Positions 30,539 to 39,837 of a stretch of 64,000 bases of DNA are shown here, in pieces; position 1 is the first letter of the stretch; each line of letters starts with the position of its first letter. The DNA is from an uncultured Chloroflexia bacterium (GTDB lineage: Bacteria; Chloroflexota; Limnocylindria; Limnocylindrales; CSP1-4): NCBI GenBank assembly GCA_963703575.1, contig CAVPEU010000026.1, positions 65,850 to 129,849 of the forward strand, given 5' to 3'. A program made the position numbers and the translations under genes. The notes under the pieces were generated by a model. That model ran no database searches. It saw only the letters and a list, made by a program, of their open reading frames with translations, and was not told the DNA's origin.

Positions 30539-32608
30539 ATGCAGATGCTCGCCCGCCCCATCGGTCTCGGTCTCGCCGCCCGCGGCGACGTGGATGAGGT
30601 CACCGGCTGGGCGAAGCAGGCCCGTGACGGCGGCCTCGACTCCGTCTGGGTCCACGACAGCTACTTCGAGCGCGACGGCGTCAGCTTCACGACGGCCATC
30701 GCGCAGGCCATCGCTGCCGAGGACGACGGTGACGAGGCGGGCTTCCGGGTCGCCCTGGGGGCCGTGAACCCGTTCACGCGCCATCCGGTCGTGCTGGCGA
30801 TGACCGGCTCCGCCCTGGACGAGATCCTGCCCGGGCGCATCGTGATGGGGATCGGCACCGGCCTGCCCCTCCGCCTCAGGCAGATGGGGATCCCGTACGA
30901 CCCCGACACCGCCATCGAGGTCGTGTCCGGGGCGATGGACCAGATGCGCGCCCTGTGGGCCGGCGAGCGGCTCCCGTCCGCGACCCCGGGACTGCCGCCC
31001 ATCCAGCCGATGTTCCCGCCCACCCACCGGATCCCGCTCGTGATCGCGGCCTATCGCAAGGCGTTCGTGGAGCTGGCCGGCCGCAAGGCCGACGGCTACC
31101 TCGCCCGACCGGCGGAGTCGATCCCCTCCCTGGGCGGGATCATCGAGCGGCTCCGGGCATCCGCCGAGGCCGCCGGGCGCGATCCCCTGTCGATCGAGAC
31201 CGCGGGCTACCTCCTGTCGCTCGTGGACAAGACGCGGCGCGAGGCACTGAACCGGGCGAAGCGCGAGCCGTTCGTGATCTACATGATGGCCATCCTGTCG
31301 GATGTGTCCCTCCAGCGCGCGGGCTTCGACGCGGAGCTGCGCGACCGGATCGCCGCGGCCTGGCGGGTCGAGGACTACACGACGGCGGGCAACCTCATCC
31401 CGGACGAGCTGCTGGACGCGTTCATGCTGTGCGGCACCCGCGAGGACGTCGCCGCGGGCGCGATGGCGTTCCACGCGCGGGCGGGCCTCCAGCTGCCGTT
31501 GCTCCAGCCGGTGCTCCAGGAGGACCGGCAGATCGAGGAGCTGATCGCCGCCGCCGCGGTCTACGCGCAGGTCGCGCAGGCTGCCCCCGCCCGCGAGCCG
31601 GGCGTGGCGGCGACCGTGTCCGCCTCCGGCGCGCCGGAGGCCGGGAGCGGCGCCCTAGCCCCCTCCCTCGCGGACGATCGGACCCTCGGGTCCGGCGAGC
31701 GCCTCCGGCGGCGAGCGGGCGCGCTGTGGGAGATCCTGCGGCCGTTCGCGTTCACGGCCTCGATCGTCCCCGTCCTCGCCGGCAGCGCCCTGGCCTGGGC
31801 GGATGGCCTGTGGAGCTGGCCACCGTTCGTCGCCGCCCTCGTCGCCGGGGTGCTCCTGCACTCCGGGACCAACATCGTCAACGAGGTGTACGACGTCCGG
31901 AAGGGCATCGACACGATCACCAGCCCACGCGCCAGCCACGCCATCGTGGAGGGACGCATGAGCGAGCGAAACGCGCTGGTCGCCGCGGCGGTCGCGTTCG
32001 CGCTGGCCACCGCCGTGGGCGTGTACCTCGCCTGGCTGCGGGGCCCCGCCATCGTTGCCCTGGGGCTCCTCGGGCTCGTCGCCGGCTGGGGATACACGGC
32101 GCCGCCGCTCGAGTACAAGAACCGCGCCCTGGGCCTGCCGCTGGTGTTCCTGCTCATGGGCCCGCTGATGACCGTGGGCGGCTACTTCGCCGTCAGCGGC
32201 GCGTGGTCCGGGACCGCGCTCGTGCTCTCGGTCCCGGTGGGACTGCTGGTGGCGGCGATCCTCCACGGCAACGAGTGGCGCGATATCCGCGAGGACACCC
32301 GGGCCGGGATCTCGACGCTGTCCGCCCGGGTCGGGCGGCAGTGGGCGCACTACGGCTACGTGGGCCTGGTCCTGGGCGCCTACATGGTGCTCGCCCTGTC
32401 CGTGATCGCGCGCATCCTGCCGCCGGCGACCATGCTGGCCGTCCTGTCGCTGCCGTTCCTGGCCCAGGTCATCCGCTCGGCGGAGCTGGGGGCCACCGGC
32501 CAAGCGCGCGCGATCGCGATGATCGACCTCCAGACCGCTCGGCTGCACATGACCTTCGGCCTGCTCCTGGTGCTGGGCCTGGTGCTGTCGAGGGTGATGG
32601 GTGGCTAG
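30539..32608 (+). CDS. In-frame fusion of an LLM-class (F420/flavin-dependent luciferase-like) oxidoreductase to a UbiA/MenA-family aromatic prenyltransferase
   Basis: Residues 1-340 carry the LLM TIM-barrel (GLDSVWVHDSY..., GIGTG). A roughly 45 aa Ala/Pro/Gly linker follows. Residues 390-690 have 8-9 TM helices with NIVNEVYDVRKGID (NDxxDxxxD-type) and a second Asp-rich region. No stop separates the two parts. Confidence 0.6.
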   Translation: MQMLARPIGLGLAARGDVDEVTGWAKQARDGGLDSVWVHDSYFERDGVSFTTAIAQAIAAEDDGDEAGFRVALGAVNPFTRHPVVLAMTGSALDEILPGRIVMGIGTGLPLRLRQMGIPYDPDTAIEVVSGAMDQMRALWAGERLPSATPGLPPIQPMFPPTHRIPLVIAAYRKAFVELAGRKADGYLARPAESIPSLGGIIERLRASAEAAGRDPLSIETAGYLLSLVDKTRREALNRAKREPFVIYMMAILSDVSLQRAGFDAELRDRIAAAWRVEDYTTAGNLIPDELLDAFMLCGTREDVAAGAMAFHARAGLQLPLLQPVLQEDRQIEELIAAAAVYAQVAQAAPAREPGVAATVSASGAPEAGSGALAPSLADDRTLGSGERLRRRAGALWEILRPFAFTASIVPVLAGSALAWADGLWSWPPFVAALVAGVLLHSGTNIVNEVYDVRKGIDTITSPRASHAIVEGRMSERNALVAAAVAFALATAVGVYLAWLRGPAIVALGLLGLVAGWGYTAPPLEYKNRALGLPLVFLLMGPLMTVGGYFAVSGAWSGTALVLSVPVGLLVAAILHGNEWRDIREDTRAGISTLSARVGRQWAHYGYVGLVLGAYMVLALSVIARILPPATMLAVLSLPFLAQVIRSAELGATGQARAIAMIDLQTARLHMTFGLLLVLGLVLSRVMGG

Positions 32609-33299
32609 CGGCGACGATGGCCCCGATCTGCCCGGGGTGACTCGCCGCGTGGCGCCCGGGGCGCTCGCGGTCGGGCTCGTCGCGGCGCAGGCGGCGTTCG
32701 CGGCGACGTTCCGCGGCCCGCGCGAGCGGTTCTGGACGCGGATGACGTACACCGGGCTCGGGCTGGGCTCGCTCGCGCTCGCCGCCAGCCCGCCGGCACG
32801 CCGGCTGCGGATCGGGCCGAAGGAGGTCGGGCTCGGCCTCGTCTCGGCCGGGACCCTGTACCTCACGTTCAAGGCCGGCGACGTCTTCGCCCGCCGGTTC
32901 GTCCCGCGCGGCGACGCCCAGATCCGGGACATCTACACGCTGCGCACGCTCCGCCCGAAGGAGGAGGTCGCCGCCCGGCTGGCGACGGTCATCGGGCCGG
33001 CCGAGGAGGTGTTCTGGCGCGGCCTCGTCCAGGAGGCGCTGATGGCCCGCTACGGGCGCTGGCCGGGTGCCGCGCTGGCGGCCATGGCGTACGGCGGGGT
33101 CCACATCGTCACCGGCAACTTCACGCTGTTCGGCGCGGCGGGGATCGCGGGCGCGCACTGGTGCACGCTGTACGCGGCGGGGGTCCCGCTGGGTGCGCTG
33201 GTCGTGAGCCACGTGGCCTGGGACGTGTGGATCTTCCTCGTCCAGCCCACGGGCGAGATCACGCCGCTGGCTCCCCTCGACGCGACCACGACCGCCTGA
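32601..33299 (+). CDS. CPBP-family intramembrane glutamic endopeptidase (CAAX protease-like)
   Basis: EEVFWRGLVQ is the EExxxR motif, and conserved His residues lie in FGAAGIAGAHW/SHVAWD. The GTG start overlaps the upstream gene by 8 nt. Confidence 0.7.
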   Translation: MASGDDGPDLPGVTRRVAPGALAVGLVAAQAAFAATFRGPRERFWTRMTYTGLGLGSLALAASPPARRLRIGPKEVGLGLVSAGTLYLTFKAGDVFARRFVPRGDAQIRDIYTLRTLRPKEEVAARLATVIGPAEEVFWRGLVQEALMARYGRWPGAALAAMAYGGVHIVTGNFTLFGAAGIAGAHWCTLYAAGVPLGALVVSHVAWDVWIFLVQPTGEITPLAPLDATTTA

Positions 33300-33330
33300 C
33301 GGGGCCCATGCAACCGGCGGGCCGCCGGGC

Positions 33331-33924
33331 GTGTTGTGGATGGTGATGGACGACGCCGAGCTCACCGAACACCTCGCACGCGACCTCGACGGCTCGTTCG
33401 AGATCCTCGTCCGCGCCCACGTGGATCGCTGCCACGGGATCGCGCTGCGCGTCCTGGGAAACCCGCACGATGCCGAGGAGGTCACGCAGGACGCGCTGGT
33501 CAGGGCCTACCGGGCGCTCGAGGGCTGGCCCCCCGGGCGGATCCGGGAGCTCCGCCTGCGGCCCTGGCTCGCGACGATCGTCGTGAACCTGTGCCGGAAC
33601 CGCGCCCGGCGCCACGCGCCGCCGACGACGCCGCTGGCGCCGCTGGTCGAGGCCGGCGCCGAGCCGGCCGCGGATGCGGCCGGGGACCCGGACCGCCAGG
33701 CGGCGCGCGCGGCCGAGCGCGAGCAGCTGGCGTCGCTCCTCGCCGGGCTGCCGGACCGCTACCGCGTGCCGGTCGTCCTGCGCCACGTGGACGGCCTCTC
33801 GTATGCCGAGCTGGCCGAGGCCCTCGGCCGGCCCGAGGGAACGCTCAAGGCCCAGGTCCACCGGGGTCTCGCGCTCCTGCGGGAGGCCGCTGCCGGGACC
33901 GAGCTCGAGGAGCTGATCGCATGA
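33331..33924 (+). CDS. ECF (sigma-70 family) RNA polymerase sigma factor
   Basis: The sigma-2 region reads AEEVTQDALVRAYRAL. The sigma-4 region reads VLRHVDGLSYAELAEALGRPEGTLKAQVHRGL. Confidence 0.8.
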   Translation: MLWMVMDDAELTEHLARDLDGSFEILVRAHVDRCHGIALRVLGNPHDAEEVTQDALVRAYRALEGWPPGRIRELRLRPWLATIVVNLCRNRARRHAPPTTPLAPLVEAGAEPAADAAGDPDRQAARAAEREQLASLLAGLPDRYRVPVVLRHVDGLSYAELAEALGRPEGTLKAQVHRGLALLREAAAGTELEELIA

Positions 33925-34727
33925 CTCGAAACGCCTGCCTTGCCGACGACGCCGCCGGGGGCCTCTCGTCGCTGGCCGTCCCCGCGCCCGCCCACGTCGC
34001 CGAGGACGTGCTGGCCGAGGTGGGCCTGGCCGACCGCATGGCGCCGATCGAATCGCCGCTCGGGACGGTGTGGGTGGCCTGGAACGGCCGCGGCGTATCC
34101 GAGGTCGTGCTGGCCGAGGACGGCCCGTCCGCCGCGGCCCGCCACGAGACGCGGGTCGGGCGCCGGACGTCGCCGGCGGCGTCCCTGCCCCCGACCCTGG
34201 CCGACGCCGTCTCGCGGCGCCTCGCCGGGGAGCGGCGCGTGCGCATCCCGCTGGACCTGCGCGGCCGGTCCGGGTTCGAGGTCGTCGTGTGGACCAAGGC
34301 GCTGGACATCCCGCGCGGCGAGGTCCGGCCATACGGCTGGATCGCGGCGGAGATCGGGCGGCCGAAGGCGGTCCGGGCCGTGGGCACGGCGCTCGGACGC
34401 AATCCGGTGCCGCTCGTCGTCCCGTGCCACCGCGTCGTGCGCACGGACGGGTCGATCGGCCAATACAGCCTGGGCGGTCCCGGCAACAAGCGGGCCATGC
34501 TGGCGGCCGAGGGGCTGGACCCCGACGCGCTCGAGGGCGCCGCGCGGCGCGGGGAGCGGCTGCTCGCGTCCGCGACCACCGGGATCGTGTGCTGGCCGAC
34601 GTGCCGCAACGCGAAGCGCATCGAGGCTCGCAACCGGGTGCCGTTCCGCACGCTTCGCGAGGCGACCGCCGCCGGCTACCGTGCCTGCCGGGTCTGCCGC
34701 CCGACGGCGATCTCGGTCGCGGCCTGA
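33921..34727 (+). CDS. Methylated-DNA-[protein]-cysteine S-methyltransferase (Ogt/MGMT) with a C-terminal Ada-type Cys4 zinc domain
   Basis: The PCHRVV active site is present. The C-terminal domain VCWPTCRNAKRIEARNRVPFRTLREATAAGYRACRVCRP resembles the Ada methylphosphotriester-repair Zn domain. Its ATG overlaps the sigma-factor stop (ATGA). Confidence 0.75.
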   Translation: MTRNACLADDAAGGLSSLAVPAPAHVAEDVLAEVGLADRMAPIESPLGTVWVAWNGRGVSEVVLAEDGPSAAARHETRVGRRTSPAASLPPTLADAVSRRLAGERRVRIPLDLRGRSGFEVVVWTKALDIPRGEVRPYGWIAAEIGRPKAVRAVGTALGRNPVPLVVPCHRVVRTDGSIGQYSLGGPGNKRAMLAAEGLDPDALEGAARRGERLLASATTGIVCWPTCRNAKRIEARNRVPFRTLREATAAGYRACRVCRPTAISVAA

Positions 34728-34740
34728 GGCGGTCCCGCGA

Positions 34741-35946
34741 TCAGCCGGGGCGCTGGAACCCCTGTGCCGGCCATGGCTCGCAGCGCAGGGGCCGGTCCTC
34801 GCGGTATCCCAGCGCATAGTCCGCCTGGATCAGCGTGTGCAGCTGGCTCGTGCCCTCGTAGATCACGGCCGCCTTCGCGTTCCGCAGGTAGCGCTCCACG
34901 GGGAACTCGTTGCTGTACCCGTTGGCGCCGTGGATCTGGATCGCGTCCAGCGCCGCCTGCACCGAGTGCTCCGTGGCATGCCACTTGGCGAGCGAGGTCT
35001 GGCGCGTGTTGCGCAGGCCCTGGTTCTTGAGCCAGCCCGCCTGGAACACCAGCAGCCGCCCGATCTCGACCCCCTTGGCCATGTTCGCGATCATCTGCTT
35101 GACCAGCTGGTGCCGGCCGATCTCCTGGCCGAACGTCCGGCGCTCGTGGGCGTACCGCAGGGACGCGTCGAGGCACGCCTGGCCGAGGCCCACGGCCCCG
35201 GCGGCGACCGTGTAGCGCCCCTGGTCGATCGCGCTCATCGCGACCAGGAAGCCCTCGCCCTCCTCGCCGATCCGGTTCTCGACCGGCACCCGCACGTCCT
35301 CGAAGTTGACGAGGCCGGTGTTCCCGGCCCGGATCCCGAGCTTGCCGTGGAGCGTGCCGGTGGTGAGGCCCGGCATCCCGCGCTCGACCATGAACGCGGT
35401 GATGCCCTTGTGCCGCTTCTCGCGATCCAGCGTGGCGAACACGAGGAAGTGGTCCGCGATGTCCGCCAGCGAGATCCAGATCTTGCCGCCGTTGAGGACG
35501 TAGGAGTCCCCGTCCCGGCGCGCCGTCGTCGCCAGGTTCGAGGCGTCCGTGCCGACGCCCGGCTCGGTCAGCGCGAAGGTCCCCAGCTTGTCGCCCTTCG
35601 CCTGGGGCACGAGCCAGCGCTGCCGCTGCTCCTCCGTCCCCCACTGGAGCAGCGTGAGCGAGTTCAGCCCCACGTGCACGCTCTGGACGACCCGGAACGC
35701 GGTGTCGGCACGCTCCAGCTCCTCGCACAGCAGCGCGAAGCTGATGTAGTCCATACCGGACCCGCCGTACCGCTCCGGGATCGGCGCGCCCAGGAACCCC
35801 AGCTCGGCCATCCTCGCGAACACCTCGCGGTGGACCTCGCCGCGCTCGTCCCACTCGCGGATGTAGGGCAGGATCTCCGCCTCCGCGAAGGCGCGGGCGG
35901 CGTCGCGCACGAGGCGGTTCTCGTCGCTCAGGCTGAAATCGATCAC
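34741..35946 (-). CDS. Acyl-CoA dehydrogenase
   Basis: LTEPGVGTDASNL, YEGTSQLHTLIQA and a catalytic Glu near the C-terminus are typical ACAD motifs. Confidence 0.85.
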   Translation of the reverse strand: MIDFSLSDENRLVRDAARAFAEAEILPYIREWDERGEVHREVFARMAELGFLGAPIPERYGGSGMDYISFALLCEELERADTAFRVVQSVHVGLNSLTLLQWGTEEQRQRWLVPQAKGDKLGTFALTEPGVGTDASNLATTARRDGDSYVLNGGKIWISLADIADHFLVFATLDREKRHKGITAFMVERGMPGLTTGTLHGKLGIRAGNTGLVNFEDVRVPVENRIGEEGEGFLVAMSAIDQGRYTVAAGAVGLGQACLDASLRYAHERRTFGQEIGRHQLVKQMIANMAKGVEIGRLLVFQAGWLKNQGLRNTRQTSLAKWHATEHSVQAALDAIQIHGANGYSNEFPVERYLRNAKAAVIYEGTSQLHTLIQADYALGYREDRPLRCEPWPAQGFQRPG

Positions 35947-36080
35947 GGCGATCTGGGGACCTCGGTCGGGGGGGTCACGGACGCGCCGCCATCCTACCGC
36001 CCGGCCATGCTGCCCGGCCCGTCACCGCGGAGCCGGGTGGCACGCGGCGAGCGGCCCCCGGCCCTCCCTATACTCGGTCC

Positions 36081-37385
36081 GTGGACACCATCGACCCCTC
36101 CCCCGACGCCCTCGACCTCGCCGCGCTCGCGGAGCCCAACATGTCGCCGGTCCTCGGCCGATACATGGATCGCAGCTGGTCCCACGGGATCGGCCACCGC
36201 CTGTACGACACCGCCGGCCGCGAGTACCTGGACTTCGCCAACGGCATCGCCGTGACGGCCCTCGGGCACACCCATCCGCGGGTGACCGCGGCGATCCATG
36301 CCCAGGTGGACCGGCTGATCGGGCCGGTGCACGCGATCGGATTCGCGGAGTCCACCGTGACGCTCGGGCGGATGCTGGCCGAGACGTTCCCCGACCCGCT
36401 CGACACGGTGCTGTTCCTGAACTCCGGGTCGGAGGCCATCGATGGCGCGATCAAGCTCGCCCGCCGCGTCACCGGACGGCCGGCGATCATCGCGTTCCGG
36501 GGCGCCTTCCACGGACGGACCATCGGCGCGACCAGCGTGACCAGCTCGAACCTCAACTACCGTGCCGGGTACGAGCCGCTGCTGCCGGGCGTCTACCACC
36601 TGCCCTACCCGGCCGCGTACCGCGACTTCGGCGGGAACGAGGAAGCGGCGACGCACGCCTGCCTCGAGGCCATCCGGGACCTGCTCCACACCGTCGTGTC
36701 CCCGTCGGAGGTGGCGGCCGTGCTCATCGAGGCGGTCCAGGGCGAGGGTGGCTACTACCCCGCGCCCGCCCCGTTCCTGCGCTCGCTCCGGGAGCTGTGC
36801 GACGAGCACGGCATCCTGCTGGTCGCGGACGAGGTCCAGTCCGGCTTCGGACGGACCGGCGAGATGTGGGCCTTCGAGCACGCCGGGATCGTGCCGGACG
36901 TGGTGTGCGTCGCCAAGGCCATCGCCAACGGGCTTCCCCTGTCCGCGATCGTGACGCGACGCGAGCTCCAGGAGCGCTGGGGCCGCGGCGCCCACGGGAC
37001 GACGTACGGCGGGAACCCCGTCGCCTGCGCGGCCGGGGTCGCGGTCCTGGAGACCATCCGGGACGAGGGCCTGGTGGCCAACGCGCGTGCCCGGGGCGCG
37101 GAGCTGTCCGGCGGCCTGCGGGAGCTGATGGCGGAGTTCCCCGGCATCGGGGACGTGCGCGGACCCGGCCTGATGATCGGGGTGGAGTTCGTGAAGGACC
37201 GCGTGACCCGGGAGCCGGACGGGGCGACGTCCGAGGCCGTCGCGGCCCGGGCAGGCGACGCCGGCCTGCTGCTCCTCAACTGCGGCATCCACCACGAGGT
37301 CATCCGGTGGATCCCGCCGCTGGACGTGACGGTGCCCGAGATCGAGGAGGCCCTGCGGGTGTTCGAGGGAGCCCTGCGGGGCTGA
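36081..37385 (+). CDS. Class III (omega-) aminotransferase, GabT/ArgD-like
   Basis: LLVADEVQSGFGRTG and a PLP-Lys within TYGGNP are present. Confidence 0.85.
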   Translation: MDTIDPSPDALDLAALAEPNMSPVLGRYMDRSWSHGIGHRLYDTAGREYLDFANGIAVTALGHTHPRVTAAIHAQVDRLIGPVHAIGFAESTVTLGRMLAETFPDPLDTVLFLNSGSEAIDGAIKLARRVTGRPAIIAFRGAFHGRTIGATSVTSSNLNYRAGYEPLLPGVYHLPYPAAYRDFGGNEEAATHACLEAIRDLLHTVVSPSEVAAVLIEAVQGEGGYYPAPAPFLRSLRELCDEHGILLVADEVQSGFGRTGEMWAFEHAGIVPDVVCVAKAIANGLPLSAIVTRRELQERWGRGAHGTTYGGNPVACAAGVAVLETIRDEGLVANARARGAELSGGLRELMAEFPGIGDVRGPGLMIGVEFVKDRVTREPDGATSEAVAARAGDAGLLLLNCGIHHEVIRWIPPLDVTVPEIEEALRVFEGALRG

Positions 37386-37488
37386 TTCGCGGCGTGCCGG
37401 GAGGCCCGGGGATCGGGTCGCGGCCAGGTGACGGACGGGCCGGGTACGCAGGCCCTGGGCGACGCCGGACGCGATCAGCGGTACGGGA

Positions 37489-37686
37489 TCAGCGGTTGCG
37501 GGCCAGGAAGTTCAGCACGTCCTCGAGGCGAAAGCGACGGTCGCCGCGCTTGCACACGCGGTAGAACGGGAGCTCGCCGCGGTCACCGAGACGCTTCACG
37601 GTGTTGACGTGGAGGTGGAGCATCTCGGCCACCTCGCTCGCGGTGAGCATCGGTCCGAGATCGTTGATCGCCATTGACGCCATCTG
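37489..37686 (-). CDS. Excisionase-family helix-turn-helix DNA-binding protein
   Basis: MLTASEVAEMLHLHVNTVKRLGDRGELPF. The start is uncertain (alternative Met at 37734). Confidence 0.5.
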   Translation of the reverse strand, partial: QMASMAINDLGPMLTASEVAEMLHLHVNTVKRLGDRGELPFYRVCKRGDRRFRLEDVLNFLARNR

Positions 37687-38199
37687 GGGCTTGCCTCTTC
37701 TGACACTGGGAGCTGCCCTGTCCGGGATGGTCACTGCGGTGCGGTCCGGCTGGCTGCTGGGTAGAGTGTCCCGGTGAGGGGCGCGCGAAACAAGCCGTAC
37801 TCTCGTCCAGCCGGTGGTACCAAACCGCCCGTCAGCACCGGGTCATCAGCACCGGGTCATCCGGCCCGCATGCCGGCCCTTGACCAAATCTTGAGCAAGG
37901 CTTGCCTCTTCCCGCGTCGGCTGGCGGGTACATTTCGTCGAACATCCTCAAGTCAGCCGAACCGCTCCAGGAGCATGCGTCCCGATGCCCACGAACGAGT
38001 CCGCCGACCAGGGCCGTGCACGTCGACACGCCCGCCGGCATCCACGACCGCGAACGCCAACCCGACCTTGATCATGGTGGGACCCGGCAGGCGTCGACCC
38101 GGACACGCCGCGACTCGACGCTTCCACGCCCCGCGCGCGACGGCCGGGTCACGGCCGCGCCCCATCGTCACCCCACCCATCCCCTGATCGGAGGGCACC

Positions 38200-38667
38200 A
38201 TGCGTCTCGCTCGACTCGCCCCGCTCGCCATCGTCGCCGCCCTTGCCGCCGCCTGCTCCGGCGGCGGCGGAACCCCTGCCCCGGCAACCAGCGCTCCATC
38301 CGCCTCGGCCGAAGCGTCGGCAGCCACCACCCGCATCGAGGTCAGGCTCACCGACGCGCTGAAGATCGAGCCGGCGGCCATGACCGTGCCCGCAGGGCAG
38401 CCCATCACGTTCGTCGTCACCAACGCCGGCACGGGTCTTCACGAGTTCGTGCTCGGCGACGAGGCCGCCCAGGCCGATCACGAGCAGGAGATGGCGTCGG
38501 CGGGCGGGATGAGCATGCCGAACGACGAGGCGATGGCCATCGGCGTCGAGCCTGGCACGACCAGGGAGTTGACCGTCACGTTCGACGAGCCGGGCACGAT
38601 CCTCGCCGGCTGCCACGTCGCCGGGCATTACCCGGCCGGCATGAAGGCGACCATCGAGATCGAGTGA
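38200..38667 (+). CDS. Cupredoxin (type-1 blue copper) lipoprotein
   Basis: The lipobox is LAIVAALAAACSGG. The ligand set is H(LHEF)...C-x4-H-x4-M (GCHVAGHYPAGM). Confidence 0.7.
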   Translation: MRLARLAPLAIVAALAAACSGGGGTPAPATSAPSASAEASAATTRIEVRLTDALKIEPAAMTVPAGQPITFVVTNAGTGLHEFVLGDEAAQADHEQEMASAGGMSMPNDEAMAIGVEPGTTRELTVTFDEPGTILAGCHVAGHYPAGMKATIEIE

Positions 38668-39827
38668 CCAGGCTCCCCGGAATCCTTCCAGGCCTGGTTG
38701 GCCAGCCCGTGACGACCCTGCCGCCGGTACTCGGCGAACCCGTCGCCGTCCGCGTCGCCGTAGGTCAGCGCCCAGTCGAGGCAGCGCTCGACGGCGGGCA
38801 CCAGCCGTTCGACGGCATCGGGCGCCGTTCCCCAGCGATGGACCTCGGCCACGAGCGTGACGAACAACAGCGTGGCATCGATCGTGCCGTAATAGGCCCG
38901 ACCGAGGAACCCGCGCCGGACGGCGAGCGGCCCGGCTCGCAGCTCGTGGAGGATCTTGCCCGGCTCCTCGGCGCTGGCGCGGTCAACCCGGCTGCCCTGA
39001 TAGGCGGCCAGCACCTCGAGGCTGTCGGCGGCGAGCTCCGGCGCGAACGGCAGGGCCATGTACGCGGTGATCAGGGAGTCGCGTCCGAACAGCGCCATGA
39101 ACCACGGGATCCCGGCTGCCACGACAATCCGACTGGACCCGTCCGGGCTGGCCACCCGGAGCGCGCCCAGATCGGCGAGTGACCGCCGGTAGAGATGGCC
39201 GAGGGCGTCGTCGTTCGTGTCCATGGTCGGGAAGCCCGCCTGCCAGCGGCGTGACCGCTCGGCCATCGGGTTCTCGAGGAACCCGAATGCGTCACACCGG
39301 CAACGCGGTTCGTATGCGACGTCGTCGTGGACCGGGACGATGTCGATGCAGGTCCGCCACGTCTGGCGGATCGCCGCGCCGACCCTCCGGCGCGGTCCTC
39401 ACGCGACCAGCCGCTTGACCTCGAACAGATCGGCGAAGTCGGCGTTCAGCAGCACCCGAAGGTCCACCGCTGCCGGGTCGGAGCCGTGGTTCTCGACGAC
39501 GAGGTCCTCGTGGACGCCGTCGCCGATGAAGCGGCGTCGCTCGATGACGATCGGCGCCGCGTCCCCGTCCCCGCCCGCCGGTCGCAGGTAGATCCGCGCG
39601 GAGAACGCGTCGACCGTCCCGCCGGCGAGCAGGTCCGGCGGGCGCCCGTTGACCTCCAGCCGGAACCCGCTCAGGAACCGCGTGTCGCGGTAGAACAGCC
39701 CGTCGCCCGTGCCCGGTCGGACGTCGCCGAGCGGGTCGGCGATCATGAACGCGTCGCCCTCGACCACGGTGATCCCGGGCAAGCCCGGCAGGCGAGGCAC
39801 GTTGCCCCACGGATCGACCTGCGTCAT
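38628..39827 (-). pseudogene. Amylo-alpha-1,6-glucosidase (glycogen-debranching enzyme family) remnant: frameshifted and 3'-truncated
   Basis: The N-terminal-domain fragment 39399-39827 (GITVVEGDAFMIADPLGDV...) ends in a stop. The middle fragment 38628-39266 is in another frame and stops after the GLANQAWKDSGE motif, with about 250 expected C-terminal residues missing. The 3' end overlaps the convergent cupredoxin gene. Confidence 0.6.
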
Positions 39828-39837
39828 CGCAGCTCGA

